From positions 233,521-297,520 of the forward strand of contig CAZBVQ010000001.1 of the NCBI GenBank assembly GCA_964495685.1: DNA of 64,000 bases, read 5' to 3'. Below, piece by piece: positions 57,211 through 64,000 of this stretch (position 1 is the stretch's first letter; every line of letters starts with the position of its first letter). A program made the position numbers and the translations under genes. Source of the stretch: an uncultured Candidatus Saccharibacteria bacterium. Lineage in GTDB: Bacteria; Patescibacteriota; Minisyncoccia; Phycocordibacterales; PALSA-1337. The notes under the pieces are model-generated. The model saw only the letters and a list, made by a program, of their open reading frames with translations, ran no database searches and had not been told where the DNA came from.

Positions 57211-57606
57211 AGCAGTACCAGACAACCACTCTTCATCTTTCGGGATGAGGGGAGGAAAGTCCGAACACTGGCATGGTGAGCGAGCGATCGTTCTCATCAT
57301 GCAGACAAGTAGCAGGTAACGCCTGTCAGGGTAATACCCAGAGGTGCGAACAGAGACGCTCGAGCCGAAAGGCGGAAGCTCCTCGCAAGAGGATGAACTC
57401 TTTGGCAACAAGGAGGTGCAACGGCAAAATCCTTACTTCAGTGCAAGACCGTGTCCTACGAAGCTCGCGATTTGCGAGTGTAGTAGGAAGAGTCGCTCGA
57501 GGTACACAGTGATGTGTATCCCAGATAAATGGTTGTCATCGGTCGCCTACGCTTGCTCCGCAAGCTACGGCGTACTGAAACATAATTCGGCTTATGGTAC
57601 AGCACA
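57211..57606 (+). ncRNA. rnpB: RNase P RNA (bacterial type A)
   Basis: Conserved GGGAGGAAAGTCCG (P4), CAGGTAACGCCTG, GTGCGAACAGAGA, CCGAAAGGCGG, CCAGATAAATGGTTGTCATCGG and ACATAATTCGGCTTATGGT (P4 3' strand). A P1-like 5'/3' pairing is present. ORFs 57273-57512 and 57344-57658 inside look spurious. Confidence 0.85.
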
Positions 57607-57608
57607 AC

Positions 57609-57636
57609 AAACCCCCGAGAAATCGGGGGTTTGTGT
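57609..57636 (+). terminator. Rho-independent terminator after rnpB
   Basis: AAACCCCCGAgaaaTCGGGGGTTTGTG. Confidence 0.6.
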
Positions 57637-57761
57637 ATCTAGGTATGAGTCCGATTAGTCGATGAGTTATCCGTGCACAATAATGGCGATGAGTGTTGGC
57701 ATTTATCAAATCGTTGATATAATGTTATGACACTATCAATTAATAGGGCACTACATTATTT

Positions 57762-60185
57762 ATGAATCAATCTCCAGTTCCTCCTCGTGCGGGGTCATCA
57801 TCTGACTCCGTGGTCACCAAGAAGTCATCTCGTCTCGAACGAGCTGCCTTCGCCTTGTTCATGTGCGCCATCATCGTGGCACCGATTGCAACCTCATTTA
57901 CTCCTTATGTGACGCCTGATGCATCGAAGAGCCTTGTTATTTCCCTTGGAGTTTTGTTGTCCGCCATATTGTATCTTATCGTCGCATTCAAGGAGCGTTC
58001 AGTAGTACTGCCGCCGAAGGGTATTTCGTGGTCTGCAGCACTCGTCGCTGTCTCATTGATTATATCTTCGCTCACAAGTACCCATGCCGCCAAGTCTCTT
58101 TTTGGTCAGGGATTTGAGTTGACGACAGTGAGTTTCGTACTAACGCTCATGGCTGCTCTCTGGGTGGGATATACAGCCGTACACCGTAGACCCGAACGTG
58201 CCTCTCTTATATTCCTAGGGATCATGGCGCCGTTCATTGTACTTGTCATATTGCACATTTCACGCTTCATCATCGGACCCTCTTTTATGTCACTCGGTGT
58301 TTTGTCGACACTCACTACGACGCTCGTCGGTAGTTGGTATGATCTGGCGGTATATGCGGGCATCGTCACGCTTCTTGCGATATCTGCTCGTGCGTGGCTT
58401 CCGCTCGGCAAGAGAGTCAGTTTATTGTATTGGGCTGTGGCGATCGTTGGTCTTATTGTTACATTTATCATAAATAGCTCACTCGTATGGGTTGCGATCT
58501 GTGTCGTGTTTGCTCTTATGTCACTTGGTTCGGTTATGTGGAATTATTCCTCATTTCGATCTCGATGCGCCGCTCTCATTAGATGGCCAGTGAACTTGTT
58601 TGTCGTTATGTTTCTTCTGTCAGGGGCTATGGCGGTGTGGGGCACTTCGTTGGCCGATCCATTCATCAAATCACTTAATGCGTCATACGGTACTATATCT
58701 CTACCCTGGCAGTTGACCTTGGATGTCGATGCTGATGTCATCAAACAGGCACCAGTGTTCGGTATAGGACCCAATCATTTTAGTCAGGCATATATTGCTT
58801 ACAAACCGACAGTTATCAACCAGACATATGCGTGGAACGCTGAGTTTAGTCACGCCTGGAGTTTGTTGACTACCTTCGTCGCTACTCAAGGATTATTCGG
58901 TACTCTTGCGTGGATATTGTTCCTCATTGCGGTCATCCGCGTATCTGTTCGTGGGACACGTCACGTCTCGACTTCGACTGATGCGTATGCACGATTTGTC
59001 ACCTACGCAGGGGCATCAGTGGTCGTGTTTACGTGGATTATACACGCCTGTTCAGTTTCTTCGCACACGATATTGTTGTATACATTCGTGGTCACTGGAT
59101 TGGCAGTCGCTGCATGTAGTCATTCGGGATCATGTTCGGCACTCGAGATATCGCCATCTTCCTCTACACGATCGAAGATCATGTCGGCATTATTGGTAGG
59201 GTGTACTGTTATCGGTATCGTGTGGGCGGTTATTGTTGTCAAGAATACCGTCGCGCTACATTACTTCGGATCTGGCATCAAATCGCTTACTATCGCCAAT
59301 AACTCTGTGGCCGCTGACGAAGCGTTTGCACGTGCGTACTGGCTCAATACATCGGATGTATATTTGCAGGCACGTGCCGAAGCGGGTATAGCGCGGGCGA
59401 CAGCTCTCATGGGTACGATCAGCTCCACTATGTCGGCGAGCTCATCGCAGGATGTGATCAATCAGGTATTCCAGACGATCAATACATCAGTCAAATATGC
59501 ACAAGCGGCGATCGCATATGATCCAAGTAATTATTACAACTACCTCTCTGAAGCTCGCGTGTCAGAACTGGCTACGAGTGTACGTATGGACAAAGCATAT
59601 GACAATACTATTGCTTCGTATGTAGCGGCTATTCAGCGTAATCCGTACAACCCGTCACTGTATCTCACCATGGCTCAGTTCCAGATTTCTCAGAATAAGT
59701 TGGATGACGCAGTACGCACTCTCGGCGCCGCACTCCAGGTCAAGAGTGATTATCTTGATGCAATCTTCATACTATCACAGGTCGCTGCTGCTCGTGGCAA
59801 CCTACGTGATGCTATCACTGCCGCTCAAGTCGCCGTACAGCTCAATCCGCAAAACCCACTTTATTTCTTCCAATTGGGACTCTTGCGGTATAATAACAAG
59901 GAGTATGCAGCTGCAGCCGAGGCATTGCAGATGGCTGTTCAGTTGCGAGCCGATTATGCCAACGCACGCTATTTCTTGGGCCTTTCGTATGCTCGGCTCA
60001 ATGAGACGGCACGTGCCACAGAACAATTCGAGTATTTGGCGACGACCAATCCTGACAATCAAGAAGTCCTCTTCATTCTGACGAACTTACAATCGGGCAG
60101 GTCACCATTTGCTGATGCCAAACCACCAGTGACGCCGACGCCAGAAAAACGCAAAACATTGCCTATTAAAGAAAAGAAGAAATAA
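57762..60185 (+). CDS. O-antigen ligase (Wzy_C)-like polytopic membrane protein with C-terminal TPR repeats
   Basis: At least 10 TM helices followed by about 250 aa of TPR-like repeats (AIAYDPSNYYNY..., NPQNPLYFFQLGLLRY...). Confidence 0.75.
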   Translation: MNQSPVPPRAGSSSDSVVTKKSSRLERAAFALFMCAIIVAPIATSFTPYVTPDASKSLVISLGVLLSAILYLIVAFKERSVVLPPKGISWSAALVAVSLIISSLTSTHAAKSLFGQGFELTTVSFVLTLMAALWVGYTAVHRRPERASLIFLGIMAPFIVLVILHISRFIIGPSFMSLGVLSTLTTTLVGSWYDLAVYAGIVTLLAISARAWLPLGKRVSLLYWAVAIVGLIVTFIINSSLVWVAICVVFALMSLGSVMWNYSSFRSRCAALIRWPVNLFVVMFLLSGAMAVWGTSLADPFIKSLNASYGTISLPWQLTLDVDADVIKQAPVFGIGPNHFSQAYIAYKPTVINQTYAWNAEFSHAWSLLTTFVATQGLFGTLAWILFLIAVIRVSVRGTRHVSTSTDAYARFVTYAGASVVVFTWIIHACSVSSHTILLYTFVVTGLAVAACSHSGSCSALEISPSSSTRSKIMSALLVGCTVIGIVWAVIVVKNTVALHYFGSGIKSLTIANNSVAADEAFARAYWLNTSDVYLQARAEAGIARATALMGTISSTMSASSSQDVINQVFQTINTSVKYAQAAIAYDPSNYYNYLSEARVSELATSVRMDKAYDNTIASYVAAIQRNPYNPSLYLTMAQFQISQNKLDDAVRTLGAALQVKSDYLDAIFILSQVAAARGNLRDAITAAQVAVQLNPQNPLYFFQLGLLRYNNKEYAAAAEALQMAVQLRADYANARYFLGLSYARLNETARATEQFEYLATTNPDNQEVLFILTNLQSGRSPFADAKPPVTPTPEKRKTLPIKEKKK

Positions 60186-60194
60186 GCATCATCA

Positions 60195-61874
60195 ATGGTC
60201 AAGAAGTGGTTCTCAGTGATTGGCAAAGAGATACGTGGTCTCCATGAGGCCGCGTATCTTCTCGCTGGATTCGCTTTCTTGTCACAGATACTGGCATTGG
60301 TTCGCGACAAACTTCTCGCCTATAGTTTCGGTGCGGGCCATGCGCTCGATGTATACTATGCCGCATTCCGTATCCCTGATCTGATTTTCGTCTCGATCGG
60401 ATCACTTGTATCGGCTTCAATTCTCTTGCCGTTCTTCATCGAACGTTTCAATAAGGGTAGGGGGGATGGCACCACGTTTTCGGATTCAATTTTCACGGTG
60501 TTCTTCGCTGCTATGGTAGTCACGAGTGTCATCGCCTATTTCTTGGTCCCCAAACTCATTCCGATACTGCTTCCTGGTTTCGCCAACGACCCATCTCTGG
60601 CCGATTTGATCCTGTCATCACGCATCATGCTCTTCTCGCCGTTCCTGTTGGGGTTGTCAAACCTGTTCTCCAGTGTCACGCAGATGCACCGCAGATTCCT
60701 TGTCTATGCAGCGAGCCCGCTCTTTTACAATGTGAGTATCATCGTCGGTATCGTGGCATTCTATCCGGTATTCGGTATTTCAGGGCTAGCTATCGGTGTC
60801 GCGCTCGGCGCATTCCTTCATATGGCTATCCAGATACCATTCATGGCGCAGACGCATCTCTTGCCACGTTTTACCTTCACGATTGATTGGCGCCATATCA
60901 AGAAGGCGGTCTTGCTATCTTTGCCACGTACGGTGACGATGTCGGCCAACCAACTCTCGACATTTTTCCTCACCGCGCTGGCGTCTCTCATGAGCAAGGG
61001 TTCGATCGCGGTATTCACACTTTCATTCAATCTTCAATCAGTGCCGCTCACTATCATCGGTTCTAGTTATTCGTCGGCTGTGTTTCCTGAACTGTCTCAA
61101 CTCTACATCGAAGGCAAAACAGCAGAATTTCTGAGCAAGATGATTGCCGCAGCACGCCATATCGTCTTTTGGTCGACCCCGATCATGGTTCTTTTTATTG
61201 TACTTCGTGCGCAGATCGTGCGTACGGTCCTCGGTGCTGGTCAGTTTGATTGGGCTGATACACGTCTCACGGCAGCATCGTTGGCACTATTCATGATATC
61301 GGTGATAGGGCAGAGCCTGATCGTCCTCTTCGTGCGTGCATTCTATGCTGAAGGCAAGACGACCAAGCCGCTCCTCATCAATATTATTTCTTCGGTATTC
61401 ATTGTGGTGTGTGGGTATGTACTCACGAAGGCCTTTTTCGCTTTTCCATTGTTTCGTATGTTCCTCGAAGAGTTACTCAAGGTCAGTGGTCAACCAGGTA
61501 CAAGTGCTATCGTGCTCGCGCTAGCGTATTCGGTTGGTGTACTCTTGAATACCGTATTGCATTGGTGGATGTTCGCCAAGAAATTCAAAGGATTTACCAA
61601 ACCCGTTCTTGAGACGTTGTATCATTCATTTTCCGCCTCGATCATCATGGGGTACGTGGCCTTCTGGGGATTGCGCCTCTTCGCTGAATTATTCCCGTTG
61701 ACCAAGGTCTGGGGTGTCTTCTTGCAAGGATTCTGTGCTGGTATCATCGGTCTTGTCGCTGGAGTCGTTGTTTTGCGTCTTCTCAAGAATCAGGAACTCA
61801 ACGAAGTATGGGTCACCTTGCATCGCAAGATCTGGAAGGCCAAAGTTCCTCCTGCGGAAGTGGAGCATATGTAG
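60195..61874 (+). CDS. murJ: Lipid II flippase MurJ/MviN
   Basis: 14-TM MOP-family protein with the characteristic N-terminus (LLAGFAFLSQILALVRDKLLAYSFGAG..DVYYAAFRIPD). Confidence 0.85.
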   Translation: MVKKWFSVIGKEIRGLHEAAYLLAGFAFLSQILALVRDKLLAYSFGAGHALDVYYAAFRIPDLIFVSIGSLVSASILLPFFIERFNKGRGDGTTFSDSIFTVFFAAMVVTSVIAYFLVPKLIPILLPGFANDPSLADLILSSRIMLFSPFLLGLSNLFSSVTQMHRRFLVYAASPLFYNVSIIVGIVAFYPVFGISGLAIGVALGAFLHMAIQIPFMAQTHLLPRFTFTIDWRHIKKAVLLSLPRTVTMSANQLSTFFLTALASLMSKGSIAVFTLSFNLQSVPLTIIGSSYSSAVFPELSQLYIEGKTAEFLSKMIAAARHIVFWSTPIMVLFIVLRAQIVRTVLGAGQFDWADTRLTAASLALFMISVIGQSLIVLFVRAFYAEGKTTKPLLINIISSVFIVVCGYVLTKAFFAFPLFRMFLEELLKVSGQPGTSAIVLALAYSVGVLLNTVLHWWMFAKKFKGFTKPVLETLYHSFSASIIMGYVAFWGLRLFAELFPLTKVWGVFLQGFCAGIIGLVAGVVVLRLLKNQELNEVWVTLHRKIWKAKVPPAEVEHM

Positions 61875-61929
61875 ATAACCTTTGTAAAAGGGCCTCTTTC
61901 TGCTATATTGCCTGTACTTCATTTACGTC

Positions 61930-63771
61930 ATGAACCCCGCCCATATCCGCAATTTCTCCATCATCGCTCACATCGACCACGGCAAGTCTACGCTTGCTGA
62001 TCGTTTGCTTGAAATTACCGGCACCATCGAAAAGCGCAAAATGCAGGATCAGGTGCTCGATAGTATGGAGCTGGAACGTGAACGTGGTATTACCATCAAG
62101 ATGCAGCCAGTGAGGATGAAGTGGCGAATTTCCGCGTTAGGCGGAAATTCGGTTACCGGCCAGCAGGACGGTAACTCTTCAGAAGAATATATTCTGAACC
62201 TCATCGACACCCCGGGTCACATCGACTTCTCGTACGAAGTCTCTCGCTCTCTCAAGGCTGTCGAGGGATCAATTTTGCTTGTTGATGCTACTCAAGGTGT
62301 ACAGGCCCAGACACTCACTACACTCAACATGGCGCGCGAAGCTGGCCTTACTATTATTCCTACCGTAAGTAAGATTGATTCACCGCTCGCGCGTACCGAT
62401 GAGGTTGTTGCCGAAGTGTGCCAACTTCTCGAATGTTCTCCCGATGATATTCTCAAAGTTTCCGGCAAAACAGGAGAGGGTGTTGAGCATCTTCTGAATG
62501 AAGTTATCAGACGTGTTCCAGCACCGACAGCACCTGACGTCACTGATGAATTCCGCTCACTTATTTTCGATTTCCAATATTCCAACCATACAGGCGTCAT
62601 CGTCTATACTCGTGTCATGAATGGTAAAGCTGGACGCCATGAGAAATTGAAATTCAAGATTGCTGACAAAGTGTTCGAGCCTATTGAGGTCGGTATTTTC
62701 GCTCCCGCCAACACACCTACGGAGAAACTGGGTGCAGGTGAGATAGGCTATATTGTTACTGGGATCAAGGAGCCGGGCATCGCCTCAGTCGGTGACACCA
62801 TCTCCTCACTCAAAGACACCTTGCCACCCCTCGAAGGGTACAAGAGCCCGCGACCGGTGGTCTGGGCTTCGATCTATCCAGAAAGTCAGGACAATCTGTC
62901 CCTGCTCAGACAAGCACTGGGCCGATTGCGCCTATCGGATTCATCATTTACCTACGAAGAAGAAGCCTCAGGCACGCTGGGCAAAGGGTATCGTTGTGGC
63001 TTCCTCGGCATGCTCCATATGGAAATTGTCACCGAACGTCTGCGTCGCGAATTCAATCTCGAGCTTGTTGTCACGCATCCGAGCATTACCTACACAATTG
63101 AGATGAAAAATGGCAAGAAGAGTACGGTCTACTCGCCATCACTTTTTCCTGACGAAAATGAGATTGCTTCCATTTCAGAGCCGATTGTGACTATGAAGAT
63201 TATTACGCCGCCAGCATATCTGAGTGGTCTGATGAAATCAATGTACGAACATGAGGCGGAAGTTATCGGTACCGAAAATTTTGGTGATAACCGTACACTC
63301 CTCACCATGCGTATGCCACTCCGTGAATTGATGCGTAATTTCTTCGATGAGGTCAAAAGTATCTCCTCGGGATATGCGTCTATTTCATATGATATTACCG
63401 AAAATCGTCCGGCTGACGTGGTCCGCATGGATGTTCTGGTGGCCGATGAGCCAGTGGTTGCCTTTGCCCGTGTCGTCTCTCGCCGTCGTGCCGAACAAGA
63501 AGCCGAAGAAACGGTTGAGAAACTCTACAAGATCATGCCGCGCGAGCTTTTCACCTACAAGATTCAATCCAAAGCCCTTGGTCGTATTATTTCGTCCCGT
63601 TCTATTTCTGGCAAGAAAAAGGACGCCGCCGGCACCCTTTCTGGTGGAGATATTACACGCAAAATGAAACTTCGTGAGAAGCAGAAAGAAGGCCGTAAGC
63701 GCCTCAAGGAACATGGTTCGGTGACGATTCCACAAGATGTGTTTGTGAAGATGATGAGGGCGGGCGAATAA
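61930..63771 (+). CDS. lepA: Elongation factor 4 (LepA)
   Basis: GTPase G1-G4 (AHIDHGKST, DTPGH), EF-G-like domains, and a LepA-specific C-terminal domain. Confidence 0.9.
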   Translation: MNPAHIRNFSIIAHIDHGKSTLADRLLEITGTIEKRKMQDQVLDSMELERERGITIKMQPVRMKWRISALGGNSVTGQQDGNSSEEYILNLIDTPGHIDFSYEVSRSLKAVEGSILLVDATQGVQAQTLTTLNMAREAGLTIIPTVSKIDSPLARTDEVVAEVCQLLECSPDDILKVSGKTGEGVEHLLNEVIRRVPAPTAPDVTDEFRSLIFDFQYSNHTGVIVYTRVMNGKAGRHEKLKFKIADKVFEPIEVGIFAPANTPTEKLGAGEIGYIVTGIKEPGIASVGDTISSLKDTLPPLEGYKSPRPVVWASIYPESQDNLSLLRQALGRLRLSDSSFTYEEEASGTLGKGYRCGFLGMLHMEIVTERLRREFNLELVVTHPSITYTIEMKNGKKSTVYSPSLFPDENEIASISEPIVTMKIITPPAYLSGLMKSMYEHEAEVIGTENFGDNRTLLTMRMPLRELMRNFFDEVKSISSGYASISYDITENRPADVVRMDVLVADEPVVAFARVVSRRRAEQEAEETVEKLYKIMPRELFTYKIQSKALGRIISSRSISGKKKDAAGTLSGGDITRKMKLREKQKEGRKRLKEHGSVTIPQDVFVKMMRAGE

Positions 63772-63872
63772 AAACTCACACAAAAACAAAGCCTCCTACG
63801 TCGCCTGCGGGCGCTAATCGCTGGCTACCCATCCTCGGCGCACTACGGAGGCTTTGTTTTTGTGTGAGTTTT
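63771..63872. repeat. Perfect 26-bp inverted repeat with about 50-nt spacer immediately after the lepA stop (terminator-like)
   Basis: AAAACTCACACAAAAACAAAGCCTCC ... GGAGGCTTTGTTTTTGTGTGAGTTTT. Confidence 0.7.
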
Positions 63873-64000
63873 TATTTTACCTCCAGAATGGAACGTAGAG
63901 CAAGATCATGCTGATGATGACCAGGATGGAGACAACGATGGTGGTAATACGTAGAAACTTCTGTGATTTTTGATGGAATAACAATGACATAGTGGATGTA

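Noticed and set aside
57273-57658. ORFs 57273-57512 and 57344-57658 (79 and 104 aa)
   Set aside because: They lie entirely within the RNase P RNA gene, whose conserved P4 and other motifs are clear, so they are non-coding artefacts.
1-64000. tRNA or rRNA genes
   Set aside because: No T-arm (GGTTCGAATCC-like) or anticodon-stem signatures, and no rRNA-like conserved blocks, were found in the non-coding stretches. RNase P RNA is the only RNA gene seen.

Overview
This 64-kb window reads as a bacterial chromosome segment with standard genetic code: TGA acts as a stop codon, including in ATGA start/stop overlaps. The gene content suggests, by inference, a small-genome Patescibacteria/CPR-like organism: cohesin-like surface protein, type IV pilin, class II RNR, O-antigen-ligase-TPR protein, and sparse biosynthesis. 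Most of the window (about 10.7-64 kb) is densely packed housekeeping and envelope genes at roughly 50% GC. These include SDR, alpha/beta hydrolase, sensor kinase, SWIB protein, VanY, an ABC exporter, ZIP transporter, NDH-2, an ABC-F protein, PIF1-like helicase, DEAD-box helicase, an FAD oxidase, and a Nudix/HIT/methyltransferase cluster. They also include an ECF-sigma plus MacAB-HlyD operon, a CcdA-thioredoxin plus MsrA/MsrB cluster, AspRS, AlkD, DHH, cyclophilin, MGMT, NrdJ, RNase P RNA, MurJ and LepA. The first 10.5 kb looks AT-richer by eye and accessory. It holds a phage-like pair (terS-like HTH protein plus a ParB-DNA methyltransferase fusion). It also holds a run of uncharacterised genes: a HEPN-like R-x4-H motif protein, a zinc-ribbon protein, a P-loop kinase, and several proteins with no recognisable family. 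These are punctuated by a duplicated promoter-like module, and this run is the best candidate for an undescribed system (for example anti-phage defence). A second notable signal is a REP-like palindrome, TTCTAGGCC(C/G)GGCCTAGAA, present in six copies, one of them in-frame inside a CDS. There are also several long perfect inverted repeats, a structured leader with mutually exclusive pairings, and an A8-G10 homopolymer next to the pilin gene. No rRNA, tRNA, CRISPR array, integrase or transposase was seen. My hand-counted coordinates may be off by 1-2 nt.
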